DNA of 64,000 nucleotides, taken from Candidatus Multivorans sp. (lineage in GTDB: Bacteria > Acidobacteriota > Thermoanaerobaculia > Multivoradales > Multivoraceae). The translations under genes and the position numbers were made by a program. The first letter of the stretch is position 1; each line of letters starts with the position of its first letter. Positions 49,291 to 57,208 of this stretch are shown here, piece after piece. The notes beneath the pieces are model-generated. The model was not told the DNA's origin and made no database searches. It saw nothing but the letters and a program-made list of their open reading frames with translations. The stretch is from positions 3,488,001-3,552,000 of the forward strand of contig OZ245033.1 of assembly GCA_965224025.1 (NCBI GenBank). Reading direction: 5' to 3'.

Positions 49291-50706
49291 TCAAAGGGTC
49301 TGAAGCGCGTAGAGGGTGTCGCTGGTTGCGAGGTACAGGACCGAGCCTTCAACCGCCGGCGACGTGTAGACCGCCAGTGGCATGACGTTCTCCGCAAGCA
49401 CGTCGAGCGTCCGGCCGCTCCGCAGGACCGCCACGTCGCCCTCCGTGTCGGCCGCGTAGACCTTGCCGTCCGCGACCAGTGGCGAACTCCAGAACGGCGC
49501 CAGGGCATCGTAGACCCAGAGCTTCTCGCCGGTAGTCGCGTCGAGAGCGAACAGGAAGCCGTTCAGGTCCGCCGCGTAGACGATGCCGCCGGCCACCGCC
49601 ACGGTAGCGATCGCACGGCCGAAGTCCGGGTCCTCGAATCGCCACCGGACGCCGCTTGCGGTGACGTCGCCGCTGCCGGCGGCGTCGATTGCCCACAGGA
49701 CGCCCGGCCGCAAGGAAACCTCCGGATCCCGGCCCATGGCGATGTAGACCGTGTCCTTGTGCAGGACGGGCGTTGCCACGAAGGCGTGACGACTTGCGCC
49801 GCGCGCGGCGCTCGTGGTGCCGTCAGCGCCCCGGGCCGCGTTGCCGTCGAACCGCCACTGGGCCTTGCTGGTGGCCGGATCGAACGCGTACAACGAGCCG
49901 TCGCCGCCCGGGAAGATCACCTGCTCGCGGTCGTCCACCCGGCCATACGCCGGGCTCCCCCACTGGCCGTCGATCAGGCCGGGCCCGGGGCTGGCGTCGC
50001 TCCACACCAGATTGCCGGTCGACCGCTCCACCGCGACGAAGCTGGGTGCGTCCGGGGCAGGCACCTGCCCGTCATCCGTGACCCCGTTGCTGGTCGACGC
50101 GAACACGAGGGCTCCCAAGGCAAGCGGCGTCGAGGCCGCCATGTGCTTCGGGAACACGCCCCACTCCGCCAGCATGTCGAGCGACCAGGCGGCGTTGCCT
50201 GCCAGGTCCACCGCCGTGAGCTGGCCCCGGTTGGAGACGTAGTAGAGCCGCTCGCCGTCGAACGAAGGCGTCGAACAGACGCCCTGCAACGGCCAGTCGT
50301 TCGCCTCCCCCGTCTCCAGCTTCTCGTGGATGATCTGCCAGCGGAAACTGCCGTCACGCCGGTTGAAGGCCATGAGCACGCCGCGGTCTCCCGTCACGGA
50401 GGGATCGCGAGGGCGCTCGTTGTTCGTGCCCACCACGATCAGGTCGCCGGCGATGGTCGGACCGCCGTAGGTCACGGTGCCGAGCCCGGCGGACCAGAGG
50501 ACGTTCTCACCCGAAGAGACGTCCCAGGAGACCGGGAGGTTCTCGGCCTCTGCTACGCGATTACGCCCGGGGTTCGGATCGTCGGCGCCTGAGGCCGCAA
50601 CCGGCGTCGAGACCGCCAGGACGGCGACGAGCCGCGTGGCGGTCGCGCGACCCAACGTAAAGCCCACTTTCCATCTGGACGTCCGAACGGAAAACAGACC
50701 TTCCAT
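49291..50706 (-). CDS. PQQ-binding-like beta-propeller protein (paralog of 47737-49176)
   Basis: IVVGTNN, NDWPLQGVCSTP, WSSPLVADGKVY; start uncertain. Confidence 0.88.
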   Translation of the reverse strand: MEGLFSVRTSRWKVGFTLGRATATRLVAVLAVSTPVAASGADDPNPGRNRVAEAENLPVSWDVSSGENVLWSAGLGTVTYGGPTIAGDLIVVGTNNERPRDPSVTGDRGVLMAFNRRDGSFRWQIIHEKLETGEANDWPLQGVCSTPSFDGERLYYVSNRGQLTAVDLAGNAAWSLDMLAEWGVFPKHMAASTPLALGALVFASTSNGVTDDGQVPAPDAPSFVAVERSTGNLVWSDASPGPGLIDGQWGSPAYGRVDDREQVIFPGGDGSLYAFDPATSKAQWRFDGNAARGADGTTSAARGASRHAFVATPVLHKDTVYIAMGRDPEVSLRPGVLWAIDAAGSGDVTASGVRWRFEDPDFGRAIATVAVAGGIVYAADLNGFLFALDATTGEKLWVYDALAPFWSSPLVADGKVYAADTEGDVAVLRSGRTLDVLAENVMPLAVYTSPAVEGSVLYLATSDTLYALQTL

Positions 50707-50740
50707 CCGGCCGTCTCATCGACCGGGTCGCGGAGTGCCC

Positions 50741-51844
50741 TCAGGCATCCGTCAACCGCGGCGTGATGACTCCCAGTTCCACCGACGTCTCAACCACCGC
50801 CTGGATCGTGTCCTCCACGGGCCGGATCGTGGCGCCGAGGACCGACATGGCCTTCCGGCAGTGGTTGACGGTCTTCGGCCGGGGCGGTTCGCCGCCCTCC
50901 GGCGCCGCGGGCTCGCCGACGACGAAGGAGGGGAAGGCCTCCCGGATGATGTCGGCGACTTCGGTGCCTAGACGCAGCGCCGAACGGCCGCCGCTGCCGT
51001 GCAGGATGTAGCGGCTGCCGCCATCGGTGGCCCGGTGGTCCACCGGCGACTCGGCGGCCAGCCGTTCCGCCTTCACCAGGTCGCGTACGTCGATGATGTT
51101 GTAGTACATGTCGTACGGAGTCGGCCACGAGGGCGCCAGCCCCGCCGCCAACCGCCCGATCTGCTCGATCCACTGGCCGACCTGGGCCTTGAACAGGATG
51201 GGTCCGCAGATCATCGCCGGGTTCATCGTGACCACGTCCCAGCGACCGCCGCTGTCGTCCGCGGACTGGTTCAGCAGCCGCTCCGTGTCCACCTTGCTGC
51301 GGGCGTACGATTGCCGCGGGTGGTGCCAGACCTCCTCCGGGAAGTTGTCGGAAGCCCAGTGCGTCTCCGTCCACGCGTAGCCCGGAGGTTGCGGCGGCGC
51401 CCCCAGGCCCGAGACCGCCGCCAGCGAGCTCGTGTAGACGACGCGCTTCACGCTGCCGCTCCGGTTCACCGAGTCGATCACGTTCCGGGTACCGGCCATG
51501 CCGCCCTCGTAGACGTCCGTGGAGACGTCGCCCGAGCCCAACGGCTGCGACTTGCCGTCGGCCGAGTTGCCGAGCACCGCGGCGACGTGGAACACCCCCG
51601 CGCACCCGGCGAACGCGTCGTCGTACGACCCGGGCACGAACAGGTCGCAACCGTCCACGATCTCGACGTTCGGCAAACGACTCAGGTACTGCACGCAGTC
51701 CCGGCCGCGCCAGGAATCCGCGTTGCGCAGGCAGGCTCGTACCTGGTAGCCGTGAAGGACGAGTTCGCGCACCATGTGGCCGCCGGTGAAGCCGGAGCAG
51801 CCGGTGACGGCAACGGGGCCGTCGTGGGGAGAGATGGCGGTCAA
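50741..51844 (-). CDS. NAD-dependent epimerase/dehydratase (extended SDR, dihydroflavonol reductase-like)
   Basis: VTGCSGFTG, VFHVA, YTSSLAA, YARSK; TTG at 51844 with GAGG upstream. Confidence 0.88.
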   Translation of the reverse strand: MTAISPHDGPVAVTGCSGFTGGHMVRELVLHGYQVRACLRNADSWRGRDCVQYLSRLPNVEIVDGCDLFVPGSYDDAFAGCAGVFHVAAVLGNSADGKSQPLGSGDVSTDVYEGGMAGTRNVIDSVNRSGSVKRVVYTSSLAAVSGLGAPPQPPGYAWTETHWASDNFPEEVWHHPRQSYARSKVDTERLLNQSADDSGGRWDVVTMNPAMICGPILFKAQVGQWIEQIGRLAAGLAPSWPTPYDMYYNIIDVRDLVKAERLAAESPVDHRATDGGSRYILHGSGGRSALRLGTEVADIIREAFPSFVVGEPAAPEGGEPPRPKTVNHCRKAMSVLGATIRPVEDTIQAVVETSVELGVITPRLTDA

Positions 51845-51866
51845 TGACGCGATGACCTCTCGGAAT

Positions 51867-52292
51867 CTACTCCGCCGGTTCCAGTTCGTGCGACACCATC
51901 CAGTTGACGCCGAAGCGGTCGGTGCACATCCCGAAGTAGGAGCCCCAGAACGTCTCTTCCATCGGCATCGTCGCCGCGCCTCCATCCGACAGCCCGGCGT
52001 GGAGCGCATCGGCCTGTTCGCGGTTCTCCGCCGCCACCGAGATCGAGAAGTTGTTGCCGACCTGAAGCGGCGGCCCGAACTGCGGGCTGCTGTCGCTGCC
52101 CATGAGGACGCTGTCGCCGACCGGAAGCGAGACGTGCATGACGCGATCCTTCTCGTCGTCTCCCACCCCCATGTCGTCCGGCCCTTCGCCGAAGGTCGTG
52201 AAGACCTGGTACTCGCCGCCAAAGACGGAGCGGTAGAACTCGAACGCGTCCCGGCAGTTGCCGTCGAAGGTCAGGTAGGTGCTGAGCGCCAT
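51867..52292 (-). CDS. VOC family protein (PhnB-like)
   Basis: YLTFDGNCRDAFEFY, VMHVSL, FWGSYFGMCTDRFGVNW. Confidence 0.92.
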   Translation of the reverse strand: MALSTYLTFDGNCRDAFEFYRSVFGGEYQVFTTFGEGPDDMGVGDDEKDRVMHVSLPVGDSVLMGSDSSPQFGPPLQVGNNFSISVAAENREQADALHAGLSDGGAATMPMEETFWGSYFGMCTDRFGVNWMVSHELEPAE

Positions 52293-52429
52293 GGAAGTTC
52301 TCCTATCGGGAAGGTGCGCGGATAGGAACACGCGTTCCCTTCCCGGTGTCGCGGGGCGGCGGGGAGTCTACGTCAAGCTCGGCCCCACCCTGAACGTAGC
52401 GCCCGTAGCACTGACCGCGTCGGTGGAAT

Positions 52430-52669
52430 TCAAGCTCGCCGAGGCGAATCCACCTCGAACTCCTTTCGAGCGACCCCGGACTGCCGAATGATCGCGCGCA
52501 AGGTCCCGACGGCCAGCTCACGGTGATCCGGCACGGGGACCGTCACGACATCGCCTTCATCCCTCTTCTGCATGACGACGTGACTGCCCTTCCTACGGAC
52601 GGGAGCGAACCCGCTTCGCTTGAGGATGCGCCGAACCTCTGCACCGGACAGCCGGCGCAATCTACCCAA
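52430..52669 (-). CDS. hicA: HicA family toxin
   Basis: LSGAEVRRILKRSGF...RKGSHVVM...VPVPDH...GTLRAIIRQSG. Confidence 0.92.
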   Translation of the reverse strand: MGRLRRLSGAEVRRILKRSGFAPVRRKGSHVVMQKRDEGDVVTVPVPDHRELAVGTLRAIIRQSGVARKEFEVDSPRRA

Positions 52670-52883
52670 CGGCGACGTCCAGATTCGTCACGTACACCTC
52701 GGGGCGGTAGCGCCGCTCCTGTTCTTCGGCCGGCGCCTCCTCGAAGAACAATTCGAGCGCCTCCTGGAGGTTTTTTCTCGCTTCGCTGACTGACGCACCC
52801 TGACTCGCGATGTCGAACTCCGGACACAATGCCACGAAGAGTTCGTCCTCTCGCTCGATGATCGCCGTCAGAGTCCGGTTCAT
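52662..52883 (-). CDS. hicB: HicB family antitoxin (short, no DNA-binding domain)
   Basis: IIEREDELFVALCPEFDIASQGASVSEARKNLQEALELF. Confidence 0.9.
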   Translation of the reverse strand: MNRTLTAIIEREDELFVALCPEFDIASQGASVSEARKNLQEALELFFEEAPAEEQERRYRPEVYVTNLDVAVG

Positions 52884-52972
52884 AGCTACTCTCCGGGTCG
52901 GTTCATGGGCCGCTAAGGCCCGTACCGGCAGTATACGGCCCGCCTCGCCCTACCCACTGGTCGTCAACTGCG

Positions 52973-55219
52973 TCAGCAGGCCAAGTCGTCCAGGAACTCC
53001 GACGCCGGGTCGACCCCGGTTACCAGCAGGCGGTCGCGCGCCCGAGTGCAGGCAACGTAGAGCAAGTGCCGTTCCGTGTTGTAGACATCCTCCAGATCAG
53101 CCTCATCGGCGACGTTCTCGATCCTGGCTTGCAGCGGCACCACTTCGTCGTCGCATGCCATGACGGCGACGGCCCGGAACTCCAGTCCCTTGGCCCGGTG
53201 CATGGTGCCGATTGCGACTCGAACCGGGACGAAGTCGACCTGGGAGGCCTCCGCACTCCTCCCAGTGACCACAGCGGACTCGCCCGCGTCAAGGCGAACG
53301 GCCTGCAGACCAGCCGCTTCCACTGCTCGGATAGCCCGCTCGATCTCGCCCGATGACCGGACAAAGAGCCCAGTGGCCCCGCGACCGTGGCCGGTCTCGA
53401 CGGTTTCGTTGCCGGCCAGCGACAACTCACGAAGCCAGTCGCCAACCGCAGCGGTCTCCTCGGCCTCCGATCCGTAGATGCGAATCTCGGGTTCGGGGCC
53501 GTTGAACACTGAAACCGTGCCGCGCCGGTCCTCCTCGATGCCGTCGACATCCGCGATCTTGGCGGGGAGCAGGAGATCGGCCTGCCGGCGAATCTGATGC
53601 GACGTGCGGTAGTTCACCCGCAAGGTCCGAGACCGCCCCCGGACGTCGACTCCGAGCTTCCGCCAGGAGAACGGAGCACGGAAGATGCGCTGGCCGAGAT
53701 CGCCGGAGAAGAACAGGCCGTTCGGCCGGTCTTCGCTGAGCGCGGCCAGGAACCGGAGTTCAGCCACGCTGGCGTCCTGGGCCTCGTCGATCACGCAGTA
53801 GTCGAAGGGAGACCTCGGCGTCTGGTTGAAGTGGGCCTCCAGCCGGCCGAACATGGCAGCCGTCGTCAGGAGATCCCGACGTTCCAGTTCATCGCGCACC
53901 CTGGCGAAGATTCCCCAGAGCACCTTCCGATGGGCTTCCGCCAGCCGCGTGCGACGACCGAGCCGCGGAACCTCGCGGTACTCGTCCCAGTTCTTCAACT
54001 GCCAGGCATCGACCACGCTGCTCCACTCCGCCCAGAGGAAGCGAGTCGAGAAGCGGTGCTCCGGCACTTCCGTCGCGGCGCGCCGCAGCAACTCCCGCTG
54101 CTGTTCTTCGGACGCCGGCTTGAGGCCGCCGATGTTGAGTCGATAGAGGCGTTGAGCGAGGCCCGCCATCGAATGCACTTCGATCCGTTCACCCAGGCGA
54201 GGCCGGTTGCCGATGAGGATCCGCAGGCGGCTGCGCAGGGCTTCGGCAAGGGGCTCGGAAAACGTAGCCAGGAGCACGCGCGCGTCGGCTTCCGACTCGG
54301 CCAGGTGAACGGCACGATGGAGCGCGACGATCGTCTTGCCCGTGCCAGCCGATCCCGCGACGCGGGCGGGGCCGCCGTAGTCCCGCTCCACCAGCTCTCT
54401 CTGCGCGGGATGCAGGAAGACCGCCCACTTCTCCCAGGGAACCTCCAGCGCCCGCTCCAGTTCCTCGCGGTCGGTCACGACGCGGAAGCGGCGCTCGGCA
54501 TCCGGGTGGGAGAACTCGTCGGCAGCGGGTGGCAATGGCGCCGGAACCTGAGGCGTTCCGCCGGTCGCCAGCTCAAGCAGTGCCTCCGCGGCTTCCGCCG
54601 GGAGATGGTCGGCCAGTTCAAGCAGCGTGTCTTCCGTGGCGGACTTGGCGTCTTCAAGCCAATCCGGCGGCACCCCGTAGACCAAGAGCTCGTCGTCGGT
54701 CTTGTCGGCGAAGATCACCGCTCCGGCCGGCTGCTCGTCCGGGCCGGCCTCGGGCGTCGTCTCGGGAAGCGTCTCTTCTTCGGCTCCACTCGAGTCCGAC
54801 GGAGGCCCAAGCTGTACACCCTCCGCCGTGCCGGGTGTTGCGGCCCAAGGCGGCGACTCGTAGCGCGGCGCCTCGACCTTCCGCACGATCTCCCGAATCT
54901 CCACCAACTGGGCCGCGCCGGTCCGAGGATGCCGCTCCAGTCGGCGCTGCTCGGCCCAGCGGTAAGCCTGGTCGTGATGGTCGACGTAGCAGATCAGGAA
55001 GCTCGACGACGTGCGATGGACGATGATCCGCAGATCGCGGCCCGCCCGCACGGACCAGAAGTTCCGGTCCCGCGCCGAGCCCACCCGGTGCAGCCGCAGA
55101 CCCGGGCGCGACGGGTCCACCTGGAGGTCGAACGCCGTCGTCTTCGCTGCCTTCTGCTCATCGGCGCGAAGCCTCGACAAGCTGTCGGTGAACGTGTCTG
55201 CGATCCGGAACTCCACCAC
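52973..55219 (-). CDS. UvrD/SF1 helicase with N-terminal RelE/ParE-like domain
   Basis: FLHPAQ, GSAGTGKT, IDEAQD, GDLGQRI, VNYRTS, HRAKGLEF, LYVACTRAR; N-terminus FTDSL...PGLRLHRV...FWSVRAGRDLRIIV...YVDHHD. Confidence 0.88.
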   Translation of the reverse strand: MVEFRIADTFTDSLSRLRADEQKAAKTTAFDLQVDPSRPGLRLHRVGSARDRNFWSVRAGRDLRIIVHRTSSSFLICYVDHHDQAYRWAEQRRLERHPRTGAAQLVEIREIVRKVEAPRYESPPWAATPGTAEGVQLGPPSDSSGAEEETLPETTPEAGPDEQPAGAVIFADKTDDELLVYGVPPDWLEDAKSATEDTLLELADHLPAEAAEALLELATGGTPQVPAPLPPAADEFSHPDAERRFRVVTDREELERALEVPWEKWAVFLHPAQRELVERDYGGPARVAGSAGTGKTIVALHRAVHLAESEADARVLLATFSEPLAEALRSRLRILIGNRPRLGERIEVHSMAGLAQRLYRLNIGGLKPASEEQQRELLRRAATEVPEHRFSTRFLWAEWSSVVDAWQLKNWDEYREVPRLGRRTRLAEAHRKVLWGIFARVRDELERRDLLTTAAMFGRLEAHFNQTPRSPFDYCVIDEAQDASVAELRFLAALSEDRPNGLFFSGDLGQRIFRAPFSWRKLGVDVRGRSRTLRVNYRTSHQIRRQADLLLPAKIADVDGIEEDRRGTVSVFNGPEPEIRIYGSEAEETAAVGDWLRELSLAGNETVETGHGRGATGLFVRSSGEIERAIRAVEAAGLQAVRLDAGESAVVTGRSAEASQVDFVPVRVAIGTMHRAKGLEFRAVAVMACDDEVVPLQARIENVADEADLEDVYNTERHLLYVACTRARDRLLVTGVDPASEFLDDLAC

Positions 55220-55230
55220 GGAGAGGGACT

Positions 55231-55929
55231 CTAGCCTCCGCCCAGCTCCTCCAAGCGCTCAAGCCATCCATGCAGGTGAGGGCACTCGCCACGAATCGTG
55301 TCGAGCCCGATGTGCAGCACACCCAGGTTCCCCATCAGCGGCTTTTCGTACGACGGAAGGAGGTGCAGGATCCGTTTCGACGGTGCGGTCTCCTGACTGT
55401 CGTCAATGTCCTCGGGCGTTCCGAAAGCTCCACGGATCTCCTCGAGCGGAGCTGTGAGATGGGCGTGCCCGATGGCACTCGCGAACCCGGAACAGTCGCT
55501 GAACAGCATCGCCTCGAACTCGTGCATCATCACGTACGGTACGAAGCGACGTCGATTGAAGCTGTTTCCCATCTCCGCGGCGACCGAGTCGCTGAGAGCT
55601 CGTTCCAGCGCTCCAGCTCTCTGTTCGACGGTGCCGCCCACCTTCGAGGCCTCCAGACGGCCCGGCCACTCCCCACGCCCTCTGGCCGGCAGCCCGTAGT
55701 AGTCCACCAGCGTGCCCGCGACACACGCAGGGTCTTGCCTCAGGTGGTTGCAAATCTCCCTTAGCGCAATCGACCACGGACGCACACCGCCTCTTTGACG
55801 GCGCTGACGAGCCGATCCCATCAGTCGGGCCCCCACCGACGAATAGCCCTTGGAAACCAGATGCTCCCGAAGCACCGCGTTCACGAAGGTCTCTTCCGTC
55901 TGGCCCTCGACGTGAAAGAGCAGCCGCAC
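55231..55929 (-). CDS. DUF4276 family protein (TOPRIM-like)
   Basis: VRLLFHVEGQTEETFV, LVDYYGLP, MHEFEAMLF, PEDIDD..TAPSKRI, CPHLHGWL. Confidence 0.85.
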   Translation of the reverse strand: MRLLFHVEGQTEETFVNAVLREHLVSKGYSSVGARLMGSARQRRQRGGVRPWSIALREICNHLRQDPACVAGTLVDYYGLPARGRGEWPGRLEASKVGGTVEQRAGALERALSDSVAAEMGNSFNRRRFVPYVMMHEFEAMLFSDCSGFASAIGHAHLTAPLEEIRGAFGTPEDIDDSQETAPSKRILHLLPSYEKPLMGNLGVLHIGLDTIRGECPHLHGWLERLEELGGG

Positions 55930-55931
55930 CG

Positions 55932-57152
55932 CTACTCGCTTCCAGGCCTGCCGCCAAGTTCGTTCTTCTCCCAGAGTTGGCCAAGGCTGTAGTCCTTCAG
56001 CCATTCCTCGAGCGGCTCCGACTCCAGGCGCCTCAGTTTTGTCTCTTCGCCCTTCCGTTCGGCAATCAGCACGTCCTCGGGCTCAAAATAGTCGAGCAGT
56101 ATGGGCGACTGCGTGGCCAGGATGACCTGCGTGTCGTTGGAGGCGCTACGGATCATTGATGCTAGAAGCTCGATTGCATACGGATGCAGGCCGAGTTCCG
56201 GCTCGTCAATGAGGATCACCTTCGGCCGCAGCTCCACCGGTTGCAGGAGCAGAGTTGCGAGGGCCATGAAGCGGAGGGTCCCGTCCGACAGTGCCGATGC
56301 TCCAAAGTACTGGTCGGAACCGCGGTGCCGCCACTCAAGCTGGACCGTCTCGGTATTCAGGGCCAGTGGCTCGATCTGAAAGTCCTCGAAGAAGGGTGCG
56401 ACCAAGGATACCGTTCTCCGGATCAGGCTGTAGCTTGCTGGGTGCGTTCGCGCCAGCCGATACAGGTAGGCCGCCAGATTCGCTCCGTCCTCGCGAAAGT
56501 AGCGGTTGTCGTGGAGATCGCAGACCGTCTTGATTGGCGAAGCCGCGCTCGTGTCGTGGAACTGGTAGCGGCGCCAGCTCGCGAGTTGCTCGCGAGCCAG
56601 GCTCCGCGCTCTCTTGGTCAACGACGCAGTTCCCGAGGGCGGGTTCTTGTCCGGTACCGCCGGCATGCTGATCGTCGCCTCACCAGGAGGCGGTTCATCC
56701 GGTCCGGGCCCTGCGTCGAAGGGCTTCGGATGGCGCTCTCGGTCCCAGACGAGGAAGGTCTCGAACACCGTCACTGGCGCAAGGCCGTCGGAGTCGGTTG
56801 CTTCAAGCGGAATCAAGTAGCCGCCGAACCAACTAGGCGCTCCCTGTCGGAACCAGAGTTCGATCAGCACTCGAGATGTGTTCCGGCGCCCGAAGTGTAG
56901 AATTCTCTCTGCGCCGCCCGCTCGGGCCACATAGTCCCGCAAGCGGCCGGACCGAATGGCCTGGAGGAGGGCGAAGACTTCCAGGAAGTTGGACTTCCCC
57001 GACCCGTTCGCACCGATGATGACGTTGATCGGGCGCAGCCGCAGCCCCTTGAACTGGAACGGCTCCGACTGTTCAAGGTACGTTTTACCGCCTAGAGAGC
57101 GGATGCTACGGAAACCGTGAACCGAAATGCTATGAAGTTCGTAGGGCGGCAC
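55932..57152 (-). CDS. ABC-type ATPase (AAA_21 / COG4637-like)
   Basis: GFRSI, GANGSGKSN, YQFHDTS, LSDGTLR, IDEPELGLHP, ATQSP. Confidence 0.92.
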   Translation of the reverse strand: MPPYELHSISVHGFRSIRSLGGKTYLEQSEPFQFKGLRLRPINVIIGANGSGKSNFLEVFALLQAIRSGRLRDYVARAGGAERILHFGRRNTSRVLIELWFRQGAPSWFGGYLIPLEATDSDGLAPVTVFETFLVWDRERHPKPFDAGPGPDEPPPGEATISMPAVPDKNPPSGTASLTKRARSLAREQLASWRRYQFHDTSAASPIKTVCDLHDNRYFREDGANLAAYLYRLARTHPASYSLIRRTVSLVAPFFEDFQIEPLALNTETVQLEWRHRGSDQYFGASALSDGTLRFMALATLLLQPVELRPKVILIDEPELGLHPYAIELLASMIRSASNDTQVILATQSPILLDYFEPEDVLIAERKGEETKLRRLESEPLEEWLKDYSLGQLWEKNELGGRPGSE

Positions 57153-57208
57153 AGTGGATCTCTTTCTTGGGAAGACGGGCCTCTATATTCCAGTTTGCCG
57201 GAGTCGGC

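Noticed and set aside
46645-50592. 1315-aa plus-strand ORF
   Set aside because: Antisense shadow of the Fe-ADH and two propeller genes; no motifs; expected in high-GC DNA.
45077-50706. Calling the propellers bamB or PQQ alcohol dehydrogenases
   Set aside because: Three copies, no bam/der or pqq context, and no quinoprotein catalytic signatures.
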